64,000 nt of DNA from an uncultured Methanolobus sp. (GTDB lineage Archaea; Halobacteriota; Methanosarcinia; Methanosarcinales; Methanosarcinaceae), in NCBI GenBank assembly GCA_963675495.1, contig OY776215.1, positions 32,001-96,000 of the forward strand. Direction: 5' to 3'. The notes below the pieces were generated by a model. It was not told where the DNA came from. It saw nothing but the letters and a program-made list of their open reading frames with translations, and searched no databases. The first letter of the stretch is position 1; every line of letters begins with the position of its first letter. Below, piece by piece: positions 1 through 9,007 of the stretch. A program made the position numbers and the translations under genes.

Positions 1-92
1 TTTGTTTGTTTATATCCAAGCCATCCGAAGTAGAAAACCACCATTAAATAGGCAAGCACGGCTATTCCAAGAATAGGTGTACTGACAACCAT
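1..92 (-). CDS. Sodium:solute symporter (SSS family), 5' part only (runs off window start)
   Basis: Manual translation from ATG at 92: MVVSTPILGIAVLAYLMVVFYFGWLGYKQT, closely matching the N-terminus of the SSS at 36442-38037 (MSVSTPVLGVIVLIYMMIIFYLGWIGYKKT). Confidence 0.85.
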   Translation of the reverse strand, partial: MVVSTPILGIAVLAYLMVVFYFGWLGYKQT

Positions 93-208
93 CAGTTATC
101 CTCCTCTTCATCATTCCAGTGTATCAGGCCGTAGATTATACACCCAATGGCACTTACGAAACATAATACGTAAGCAATCCATATTTGCGGATCGTTTATT
201 CCTAACAT
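92..208 (-). CDS. Symporter small accessory membrane protein (38 aa)
   Basis: Not in ORF track; MLGINDPQIWIAYVLCFVSAIGCIIYGLIHWNDEEEDN*, one TM helix, GGAG RBS, stop overlaps SSS start (TGATG); paralogue at 38037-38162. Confidence 0.85.
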   Translation of the reverse strand: MLGINDPQIWIAYVLCFVSAIGCIIYGLIHWNDEEEDN

Positions 209-449
209 TTTTGCATCTCCAATAAATAGTAATGCTATTCGTTAGCATGACACATACTTTAACTTTTCGATATTATTCAGTAATGAGATGCCTTTTTTTA
301 CTGGCATAAGTTATAAATAAAAAAGATTCATAGTAGATTTAGTGTTAAAAACACTATATATTTGTAACACTACAGTGCAATACGGAAAAAACAAAACTTC
401 CAGATGGTTTACCTCTTGATGGAAAAAGGATTGCACATCTATTTTTATT

Positions 450-468
450 GCGGGTGTGAGGCACCCGC
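450..468. terminator. GC-rich hairpin downstream of the methyltransferase gene
   Basis: GCGGGTG-TGAGG-CACCCGC, 7-bp perfect stem about 20 nt past the stop at 486. Confidence 0.45.
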
Positions 469-485
469 TCCTCCCTTGTTTCTTT

Positions 486-1349
486 TTACTTCGATCTGGC
501 ACTTATAAAAACAGCCCTGCTTATCTGTTCTGTCTCAACGACAAAACCTGCATTCTCAAAATGGTCCACCCAATCCTGTATGCCTCTTTCAGTTCCATGA
601 TGATGGTCCAAAGGCTCAACTGCCAGGATCTTTCCTCCCGTCGCAAGTACTCTTTTAGCTTCAGAAAGGGCTTTTGGTATATCATCAAGATGGTGAAGCA
701 TGAAGAAACATGTTACGATCTCAAATTCTTCATCACCAAATGGAAGTTCATAAGCACTGGCGGATTTGAAATATGTATTTTTAATACCATATCCAATAGC
801 ACTCAAACGGCACTGTTCCATAGTTTTTTCCAGAAGGTCGATTCCAGTGACCTTTGATTCAGGATTCATCCTTGCCATTTGCAGTGTAACACTGCCAATC
901 CCACATCCTACATCAAGTATTGTCTTCCCCTTTGCTTGGGGAAGTGCTACTTCCATTGTCTGCTTTTTGAGTATTTCCATTTCAGCAGCAGGAAAATCTG
1001 CTTCCTGACTGTCAAAAGTAGTGTACGGTAAGATACCATATACAGAAGAGTTGTTTGCAGCAAAAAGACCTTTGAAGTATATCTTATTCTCATGCATTTT
1101 TATAAGTTCAACAACTGAAATTCCTGCATTCCTGCAGAATCTTCTGTTCCACTCTTTCCTTTTTTCAGGGAATTCCATTTTCAGGGGATCATGGACTACA
1201 ATGTAATGTGAATAATCTTCATAAAGAAGTTCTTGTGCATCTGTTTTATCCAATTCGACAATACTTACGCTTTCTTTCCAGAGTGCAAGAAGCTGCATTG
1301 TCTTTTCATCTGCAAAATTAGACACATTTCCTATAGGTTTGAGTGACAT
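486..1349 (-). CDS. Class I SAM-dependent methyltransferase with N-terminal TsaA/TrmO-like domain
   Basis: C-terminal ILDVGCGIG motif I, GIDL, ELPFGDEEFE, LHHLDD, GGKIL; N-terminal MSLKPIG...GISVVELIK...FKGL...VYGILPY resembles TrmO/YaeB; ATG at 1349 preferred over TTG at 1358. Confidence 0.75.
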   Translation of the reverse strand: MSLKPIGNVSNFADEKTMQLLALWKESVSIVELDKTDAQELLYEDYSHYIVVHDPLKMEFPEKRKEWNRRFCRNAGISVVELIKMHENKIYFKGLFAANNSSVYGILPYTTFDSQEADFPAAEMEILKKQTMEVALPQAKGKTILDVGCGIGSVTLQMARMNPESKVTGIDLLEKTMEQCRLSAIGYGIKNTYFKSASAYELPFGDEEFEIVTCFFMLHHLDDIPKALSEAKRVLATGGKILAVEPLDHHHGTERGIQDWVDHFENAGFVVETEQISRAVFISARSK

Positions 1350-1485
1350 ATCATTCAATTGTATTTTTCAGATATACTTTTAGTGGTATTGTGGATTGTC
1401 TATGATCAGGGAAATGTTGAGGTTCATTGTATTACAATATAGTTCAGATCATAAACAATATTTTAAATGAGGATTATTCATATGA

Positions 1486-2223
1486 TCAAATTACTGGCGC
1501 TTCTATCTCAATTTGCGCATTGTAATTGTAGACATCAACCTGATTGTTTATTGTTACCGGAGACATCAGGCCCTGTACATTCATCATGAATTCAGTACGG
1601 CTTTCGATGGACATGATATGGTAACTGTCCCTATCAATAAGGTACCTTATACTATATTCATTCAGACGTTCGTCTCCTTTGAGTTGCAGACCGGCTTTTT
1701 CCGCCTCCCGGAGCAATGCACTATTCTCCGGCAATGCAGTGAGAATTAAATATGAATCTGCTTTTTCCATGCTAAGATTAGTTGAATTTGCTAAAAGCAG
1801 GCTAGTTTGGGTTAACTGGTCATAGCTGTCCCATGTTTGCTGATTCAGTTTCCTTGTTTCCCATGAATCGTCACTGTTCCTTAAATAAGCATTGTCATCA
1901 ACAATTATTATATCCATTGACTCTTCCATGGATCTCAGTTTCACAGCCATCTTTTCATTCGTATAATCCACGGAGCCATTTCCTTTTATCAGGGTGAAAG
2001 ATTCACCAAGCATTGAAATGTTACTGTGGATATCGAATTGATAAGAGCCAGTATCTTTTGAAGTTTCAATAACCCTTCCTGCAAGTGCATAAGCATCGTT
2101 TATTTCCCTGTGCTCAACATAATAAAACGCAAAAATGATTAAAATGCATATGATGCCCAGAAAAATAAGTAATTGCTTATCGATTCCTTTTTTATCTGAC
2201 AATGACAATTTGATCACCTGCAT
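1486..2223 (-). CDS. Membrane-anchored exported protein, possible LppX/LprG/LolA-like beta fold
   Basis: 245 aa; basic N-terminus plus one TM helix (LLIFLGIICILIIFAFYYV); SYQFDI, GSVDY, IIIVDDNAYLR..W and terminal YNYN..IEIEAP patterns recall this family. Confidence 0.55.
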   Translation of the reverse strand: MQVIKLSLSDKKGIDKQLLIFLGIICILIIFAFYYVEHREINDAYALAGRVIETSKDTGSYQFDIHSNISMLGESFTLIKGNGSVDYTNEKMAVKLRSMEESMDIIIVDDNAYLRNSDDSWETRKLNQQTWDSYDQLTQTSLLLANSTNLSMEKADSYLILTALPENSALLREAEKAGLQLKGDERLNEYSIRYLIDRDSYHIMSIESRTEFMMNVQGLMSPVTINNQVDVYNYNAQIEIEAPVI

Positions 2224-2273
2224 TTGATATAATCATACAGTCTACTTATAACACTGGCTATTATAATGCAGAT

Positions 2274-5200
2274 CTATCTTTTTCTCTTGAAAATAACCAT
2301 GTATGATAGCAAGAGTATAATGACTACGAAAATCAGCCACATCAAATATCCAGGTACAGATTTGTTCTTAGTTAAAGGAGCTTCCTGTGGAACAGGATAT
2401 ATTTCAGTTTCTTCAGGTGGTGTCTCAATACCGGTATCAGTATCTTCCAGGACTGTTCTGAATGCCGTCAGTGGTTCTGCATCTTCCGAATCGATGATGC
2501 CATCACCGTCGGTGTCAGGATTGAATGGGTCAGTTCCCATTCTGTATTCTACTATATTGGGCAGCCCGTCCCTGTCCGAGTCAAGAGGCCCGTCGTCTTC
2601 TATATTGAGTTCTCCTGCAAGGGCAAAGCTGGAGAGATGTGAGATCCTTGCCTGTACATAACCCTCATAGTTTACCCCATATAGCTCAACGTTTTCGGTA
2701 TTTATGCTAGTATCAGAGAGTTTAGTCCACTTCTTATCTCCCGTATTCCGATAATATATGCATAGCGTATCTTCGTCAATATCACTATTATCAGATGTAT
2801 CACCATCACCATTCCTGTCCAGCTCGCTGGAACGGTAGTATATCTTGACCGAGGCACCGTTTATGATGTCGGAACTTGTGTTCTCTACATTTTCACTTAC
2901 AGTTATATCAATGTACTTGTCGAGTGCATATTCTCCGGAAGCAAGTCCTGAATTGGAAGTTAGTGAATTTCCAGAGGAACCAGACTTTTGCAGTTTGATC
3001 CATGGAGTGACATTGCTATCAAGAACTACGCCAATCTCTGAATCCGTCCTCTTTATGGAATCAACGGAATCAATAACAAAAATATCTTTATCCGCCTTGT
3101 ATTCCACCATGATGGAATTGCCTGAGGTGGTGACCTCTTTGCTCCTGAAAGCATCCAGTATCCTGCAATGATCATACATGTATGGTTCCGAGAGCATGAC
3201 AACAGTCTGTGTTGAATTCCATACACCATATCGGACTGCTATCCTGTCATAGGCCGAATCGATTATCCTTGGTAGTATATCACCATCGTCTTTGAGCACA
3301 TCGTATGTGATATTACCGGCTGTTCCATTCACTTTCTCAGGCTTTCCAAGCAGCAGGATGCAAGGCTCATCTGAATGGTTCATCAGGAGTTCATCTGCAG
3401 AATAAACAGTTATGTTGGTGTACATGCCCAATGTATCCAGAAGTTCTTCATTGTCCTCGGTCAGATCATATGCCACTGTGATATTCCTGACATTAGGGAT
3501 CAGGGAATCCATGTCCAGTGAATCATTTAGGTTATCGCCGTCGGTATCTTCCAGCAGTGGATTAGTGGTGAAATTCATTTCCTGCGAATCATTATATCCG
3601 TCCCTATCTGTGTCTGCTGAGAGTGGATTAGTATCCATCTCCAGTTCTTCAAAGTCTGTCAGTCCGTCAAAGTCCGTGTCTTTCAGCAAAGGACTTGTTC
3701 CTGTGCCATGTACCTCGTATCCGTCATCTAATCCATCCCCATCGGTATCCTGAACCAATGGATTTGAAAGGTAGTCCATTTCTAGATCGTCAAACAGGCC
3801 GTCGTCATCGGAATCCGGTTTAAGCAGGTCTGAACCGAATGTCACTTCTTCAAGATCGGTGAGACCATCATTGTCAGTATCCACCTTCAATGGATTTGAT
3901 GACAGATAGAATTCAGCCGAATCGAACAATCCATCATGATCAGTATCCGGTATCAATGAATCGCTACCAAAGAATATCTCTGTACTATCATCCAGTGCAT
4001 CCCCATCGGTATCAAAGTTTGTCAGGTTGGTACCAAGATAGTATTCTGTGAAATCATTCAGACCGTCACCGTCAGTGTCAGAACTTTCCGGATTCGAACT
4101 GCTGTTCATTGTGAGATAACATTCCGTGTGATCATCCAGTCCGTCAAAGTCACTATCCTTGAATCGTGGATCACTTGTTACATCGATTGTGTGTATCTCT
4201 GCATAATTGCCAATGTCCGTGTAATTGGTAATACTGGTATAGTTGTCAATTGTATAATTGGTGATAATGGTAACCGACCAGCCGATCTCTTCATTTATGT
4301 CAATAAGTCCATCCCTGTCTTCGTCCTTTCCAGAACTCACCCATCCAGCTCTCCTGGCAGGATAATCAAGGGTATCAATAACCCCTATAAGATTCCTGTC
4401 ATCTTCATCAGGTGCAGGCTGGGATATGTTCCAGGTCTGGTAGAAACGCAAGGCAAAGACATCCGTGCTGTTAGGGGCACTGAAGTCCAGGGTGGCAGAG
4501 CCGTAAGTCTCATTTCCAATGGCAGGTGTACCGTTGTATATTTCCTCGTGCAGCGTGGAATTATCCAGACTTACGAAGAGCCAGCATGCAGAGGCATTTC
4601 CTGTCGAGTTCTTTTTTCCGATCAGGGTATAATCGATCACCGCAGTGATGTTGGTTTCGGCATCAGTCTTTATGCTGCTGCCAAATCCGTTCAGGTCGAC
4701 ATTGCTTATGTAAGCCTTCGCTGTGAAATTCAGGTCCGTAGAATCCAGAATGCCGTTTCCGTTCGTATCCCCTGACTGAGGATTGAGTCCTTTGAGGAAT
4801 TCGTTGAGATCGCTCAGACCGTCATCGTCAGAATCATTGTTTAGAGGGCTTGACCAGACATGCTGCTCAAAGGTCTCATCGTAGAACTCAAATTCAATAT
4901 CCCATCCGCGGTGTTCTTCGAAGTCGTTCAGTCCGTCTCCATCAGTATCCCATTCAAGAGGATCATATCCATAGCGCAGTTCAAGTCCGTCCTCAAGTCC
5001 GTCACCATCGGTATCTCCGTTAACCGGAATGGTCCCATAATCGATCTCATATTTGTCGGACAGTCCATCATTGTCAGTATCCCATCTCAATTGACTGGTA
5101 CCATTGCTTAGTTCATCTGAGTTGAGAATATCATCCCCGTCAATGTCGTTGGATGAAATGGCTGTCCAAGTGTAGAAACTTTCGATGTCATCAGGCAATA

Positions 5201-8200
5201 CATCAAAGTATAGTGTTGATGGGTCTGTCTTTTTAGTACTTTCGTCACTATATTCATTGTAAACCTTCCAAAAAAGGATTAATACATATTTTTCGTAATA
5301 AATCTTGTAATCTGATCTCAACCAGAACTCAAATGGGAAGTTGATGGTAGCATCAGGATAAACCCAAAGCTTTGCCTGATATTCTGTTTCTTTAGCATTA
5401 TCACGGTAAATGGTTGTACCTTCTGTAGTAGAACTATTGCTGGAAAGCGTATGTAAAGAACTGCACTCGTATTTAGGAATAATATAACTCTTTTTTAACT
5501 TTGTATCTGAAGCACCCAGTCCTTTTGTAATAATGCCTTTGTACTGACTTTCAACACATATACCGTCACCTTCGGTCAAGCCATTATCCTTATAATCTTT
5601 TATATGAACGTCAGTACTCAACATCTTCAGGTCTGCATCTGTGATCATATTTACTCCTAAAAATTTACCTACAATCCAGTCAATAATCATGTCGGACCAG
5701 CCTTTGCCAAAAATTATCCATGTAACAAGATCAGATAATAAAATAATACCTACGATGAGCCAACCAATGACAGGTATTAAACCTATAAAATACAAAGCAA
5801 GCGTGTATATTATCTTCAGGGAAGCATACAATCCTCCCAATGCAAAGCCATAGCCATTCCAGTTTTCTTCACAGGCTATCACAATCCATGCTATGATGGC
5901 CAGCCCAATATCCAGAACCATTCCAGCAATATCTAGTGCTTCCGCCCACCTGTTAAACTTCCCTGCCCATTTCATAATGGGGGTTTTGCCAGTGGACTTT
6001 ACACCTTTCAACTGTCCGTATATCCATGTAAAATCTCCCCAAGTAGACGAGATATTCGGCACAATATTACTCAATTTAATTGCACTGTACGCAGCTTGAC
6101 CAAAAACCATTAATCCAAGACATACACCCAATGATCCTATTCCGTAATAAGATATTGTAGAGATGACATCCAAAGCTTCCTTAAAAGCGAAATCCTGTTC
6201 AGAGTTGTCTGCTTTGGCAACACCTGTTTCCCCTGTCTCCCATATGATCATCAAAGCCATTGTTGTCGCAAGTGTTTTCTCATCAAGATAATCACCCCAT
6301 TCCTGAACTGCATACAGCATGTCTTCTGAATCAACGGATTTATCGGTACTGGTATTATACCAGGTCATCTTCATGCTTTTTGTAGTAAAAAGAGGCTGAT
6401 CTGTAAGGTCAATATCAAAACTGTTTCCTGAAGCGGATATTCCAGGATTTATATCATCCATTATACTGGTACGGAAATAATCTTCAAACAGAGCAATAAC
6501 AGGAAGTATTTCATCATCAGGTAGAGAAGATAAGGCATCAGGTGTCATCTCACCTGTAATTGTTGCCAGAGCCTCGTCCTGATGGTCTGCATAACCTAAC
6601 ATGGAGTTGATTGTCATATTGTAATCATTTTGTAGTTTCCCGGGCATCTGATCAAGAGCCGTCTGGCTTCTCAAAAAAGAATATGATAGAAGAATAGCCG
6701 ATTCAACTGTGCGGTTTATATTCTCATTTTTGTCCGTTTCTTCACTGAAGAATACCCCGAAATTAGTCCCATCGTTCTCTTCAACGCTAAAACCAGTGAG
6801 CATGAAGTTCTCGTTATATTTTGCTAGGGTGGTCGACACGGATTCATATTCATGAGTAAGCAACGTAAATGATTCCCATTCCTTCCTTTCATCTCTGTTT
6901 GCAATAAGTTCATTGCCTCCACCTCCCTCTGCACAAACATATTGTCCGCTAAAGGCTTTCAAAGCTATCCTGTTATCTTCAAGGTCAAGCAGTTCAAATG
7001 TAGCCACTTCATCGATATCGGTGCTGTTTCCTATCAGTTCTCCACCATCTGTTACATAAACGTATTTACCGTTCGATGTTTTCAGCGCAACTTCATTATT
7101 ATTCAGATAAACTATCTCAAAAATCTCGTTATTCGTGACAGATATACCTCTTGCAACAAGTTCTGATGTAGTAGCATCGACAGAAACATATTGCCCTTTA
7201 TTTGCTTGTAGTGACACTCTCTTTTCCCTGTCGGTCTGTCCTTTGACAATCCATACAAGTCTTGCCTGTGTAAAAGTATCGAGTGAAGAATTCTTTGGAT
7301 AGAACATACGACCATTCAAAGCAACTATATTTCCAAAGTCTTTCACAGGAGAAAGCGATATGTAAGCTTTGTCTAATGTGGTAACTATCCCATACTCTTC
7401 AAGTGCATTCGGGTCTGATGTGATTCCACCGACAAGCTCAATCTCCCAGAGTTGTTTGTCAGTTTCCTGAGATGAGTTCTGGAATATACACGTGTCATTT
7501 GTGGAATTTATTTCCAGGCATTTTTCACTGTGTTTGGAAATAAGTTTGTAGAAACCATCGTTGCCCAGTTCCAGTTCCCAGAGCTGATTATCCTCACCTG
7601 TATAGTTTCCTACAGTAACATTTGCCATGTCATCCAGACTTGAATTGAAAACTTCAAGACATTTACTATTGTTTTTGGAGATTATCCTATAATAGTTGTC
7701 ATCGGCAGACTCCAGCTTCCATAGCTGGTAATCTTCGCCTCTGTAATTATCTGTATTAACATTCACCTCACCATCAAGACTGCCATTATGGATCTGAATG
7801 CACTCACCATTGTCAACTGAAACTATTTTACAATCAACAGGTACTGTGAGCTCAAGCATTGGTGTGACGGTGACATCATCCTGCGAACTGTTGAGGTCTT
7901 TCATCGTTGCAAGGGAATCATCAGGCCAATCCCAGCTTTGGGCAAGCAGATTCAGATGTTCCGGATTTTCAGGCCTTATCTGGAAGTTCAGGTATGTGGG
8001 ATTTCCGCTTGATTGAATGTTGAAGTCAAAGCTCTCGTTTGATGCGGACCTTGAAAATGGTGATAGATCAAGGGCATCTATCACGCCGTCATTGTCATTA
8101 TCAAGATCCCAGGCATCTACAAACCCGTCTCCATCGCTGTCCTTGGAAGTGCCATTCACAATTTCAAAATAATCGGCAAGACCATCATCATTGGAATCAG

Positions 8201-8702
8201 CTTTCAGGGGATCAAGGTCGTTGTTTATTTCAAAGAGGTCGTCCAGTTGGTCAAAATCTGAATCCGTGTTATTAATGTCAGTTCCCAGAACCAGTTCTAC
8301 AGAATCAGGGATACCGTCACCATCTTTATCTGGACCATACTTTTCCTGACTCAAATTTATATCTGAAAAATTTGTCGCAAGCGCTTTAAGTTCTGGAAAT
8401 GATTCATTATCGTTTTCGTCACTTACATTAATTGGTATCGCAGCCATTAAAGCATCAATATCTACATCAGAATCGCGCTGGTTGGCAAAGGCAATAGATT
8501 GAGCTAAAGCATTTAATGCTGAAACTTCAGAGGGCGTTATAGTCGTTGATTCAATAGAGGAATTAGAAAAATAATTATCATTAGATGCAGCTAATGCCGG
8601 ATAAGCACTTGATCCTATCAGTAGTATAATTGTGCAGAATGCAAAAAGCTGAAGAGCTTTTCCGTGATAATCATTACATATCCTGGCTATTTTAGCAGCC
8701 AT
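2274..8702 (-). CDS. Giant (2142 aa) cell-surface protein: signal peptide, DxDxDG Ca-binding repeats, ricin-B lectin, fascin-like beta-trefoil, internal hydrophobic helices, C-terminal membrane anchor
   Basis: Many D(T/S)DxDGLxDxxE repeats; QLW repeats with SxKCLE (ricin B); VALKTSNGKYV, GQYVCAEGGG and WESF (fascin); HLSSFALAG; C-terminal PGY + TM + KRKR. Confidence 0.85.
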   Translation of the reverse strand: MAAKIARICNDYHGKALQLFAFCTIILLIGSSAYPALAASNDNYFSNSSIESTTITPSEVSALNALAQSIAFANQRDSDVDIDALMAAIPINVSDENDNESFPELKALATNFSDINLSQEKYGPDKDGDGIPDSVELVLGTDINNTDSDFDQLDDLFEINNDLDPLKADSNDDGLADYFEIVNGTSKDSDGDGFVDAWDLDNDNDGVIDALDLSPFSRSASNESFDFNIQSSGNPTYLNFQIRPENPEHLNLLAQSWDWPDDSLATMKDLNSSQDDVTVTPMLELTVPVDCKIVSVDNGECIQIHNGSLDGEVNVNTDNYRGEDYQLWKLESADDNYYRIISKNNSKCLEVFNSSLDDMANVTVGNYTGEDNQLWELELGNDGFYKLISKHSEKCLEINSTNDTCIFQNSSQETDKQLWEIELVGGITSDPNALEEYGIVTTLDKAYISLSPVKDFGNIVALNGRMFYPKNSSLDTFTQARLVWIVKGQTDREKRVSLQANKGQYVSVDATTSELVARGISVTNNEIFEIVYLNNNEVALKTSNGKYVYVTDGGELIGNSTDIDEVATFELLDLEDNRIALKAFSGQYVCAEGGGGNELIANRDERKEWESFTLLTHEYESVSTTLAKYNENFMLTGFSVEENDGTNFGVFFSEETDKNENINRTVESAILLSYSFLRSQTALDQMPGKLQNDYNMTINSMLGYADHQDEALATITGEMTPDALSSLPDDEILPVIALFEDYFRTSIMDDINPGISASGNSFDIDLTDQPLFTTKSMKMTWYNTSTDKSVDSEDMLYAVQEWGDYLDEKTLATTMALMIIWETGETGVAKADNSEQDFAFKEALDVISTISYYGIGSLGVCLGLMVFGQAAYSAIKLSNIVPNISSTWGDFTWIYGQLKGVKSTGKTPIMKWAGKFNRWAEALDIAGMVLDIGLAIIAWIVIACEENWNGYGFALGGLYASLKIIYTLALYFIGLIPVIGWLIVGIILLSDLVTWIIFGKGWSDMIIDWIVGKFLGVNMITDADLKMLSTDVHIKDYKDNGLTEGDGICVESQYKGIITKGLGASDTKLKKSYIIPKYECSSLHTLSSNSSTTEGTTIYRDNAKETEYQAKLWVYPDATINFPFEFWLRSDYKIYYEKYVLILFWKVYNEYSDESTKKTDPSTLYFDVLPDDIESFYTWTAISSNDIDGDDILNSDELSNGTSQLRWDTDNDGLSDKYEIDYGTIPVNGDTDGDGLEDGLELRYGYDPLEWDTDGDGLNDFEEHRGWDIEFEFYDETFEQHVWSSPLNNDSDDDGLSDLNEFLKGLNPQSGDTNGNGILDSTDLNFTAKAYISNVDLNGFGSSIKTDAETNITAVIDYTLIGKKNSTGNASACWLFVSLDNSTLHEEIYNGTPAIGNETYGSATLDFSAPNSTDVFALRFYQTWNISQPAPDEDDRNLIGVIDTLDYPARRAGWVSSGKDEDRDGLIDINEEIGWSVTIITNYTIDNYTSITNYTDIGNYAEIHTIDVTSDPRFKDSDFDGLDDHTECYLTMNSSSNPESSDTDGDGLNDFTEYYLGTNLTNFDTDGDALDDSTEIFFGSDSLIPDTDHDGLFDSAEFYLSSNPLKVDTDNDGLTDLEEVTFGSDLLKPDSDDDGLFDDLEMDYLSNPLVQDTDGDGLDDGYEVHGTGTSPLLKDTDFDGLTDFEELEMDTNPLSADTDRDGYNDSQEMNFTTNPLLEDTDGDNLNDSLDMDSLIPNVRNITVAYDLTEDNEELLDTLGMYTNITVYSADELLMNHSDEPCILLLGKPEKVNGTAGNITYDVLKDDGDILPRIIDSAYDRIAVRYGVWNSTQTVVMLSEPYMYDHCRILDAFRSKEVTTSGNSIMVEYKADKDIFVIDSVDSIKRTDSEIGVVLDSNVTPWIKLQKSGSSGNSLTSNSGLASGEYALDKYIDITVSENVENTSSDIINGASVKIYYRSSELDRNGDGDTSDNSDIDEDTLCIYYRNTGDKKWTKLSDTSINTENVELYGVNYEGYVQARISHLSSFALAGELNIEDDGPLDSDRDGLPNIVEYRMGTDPFNPDTDGDGIIDSEDAEPLTAFRTVLEDTDTGIETPPEETEIYPVPQEAPLTKNKSVPGYLMWLIFVVIILLLSYMVIFKRKR
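3520..5150 (-). repeat. Tandem DTDxDGLxDxxE...(T/S)NP calcium-binding repeats (thrombospondin-3/binary-toxin-like) within the giant protein
   Basis: Repeated units of about 23 aa in the translation; further copies near the N-terminus (about 8065-8340) and C-terminus; boundaries approximate. Confidence 0.8.
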
Positions 8703-8950
8703 AGAGTTTAGTTCAACCCCCGTTGGAACCTTCTCAATTACTTAACATTTTAACCATCAACATATATTAACCTTCCGAAAAAGTTCGAATTGTCAATTAC
8801 ATTGTATATATATTTCAATAGAGTGGTAGTTTTGCTCGGTAGAAACCAATTTTATTTTTATCTATGCCATTAAATTTCTGCAAAAATCCGCACGAGGATA
8901 TTTTCTATAGGGTCTGTACTTTTATAGCGATAAAATGATTAACCAAGATA

Positions 8951-9005
8951 TTTCAAAAACATTTGAAACCATAATGTATAAATAGTATTTCAACATTATT
9001 TGAAA
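8951..9005 (+). promoter_or_regulatory. Twin palindromic operators flanking a TATA box (ArsR/SmtB-type repressor site inferred)
   Basis: TTTCAA-AAACAT-TTGAAA (8951-8968) and TTTCAA-CATTAT-TTGAAA (8988-9005) flank TATAAATA (8977-8984); ATG at 9008. Confidence 0.7.
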
Positions 9006-9007
9006 CA

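Noticed and set aside
2274-8702. DxDxDG repeats as dockerins partnering the cohesin
   Set aside because: They follow the DTDxDGLxDxxE...NP pattern, not the paired GDxNxDGxVNxxD dockerin motif
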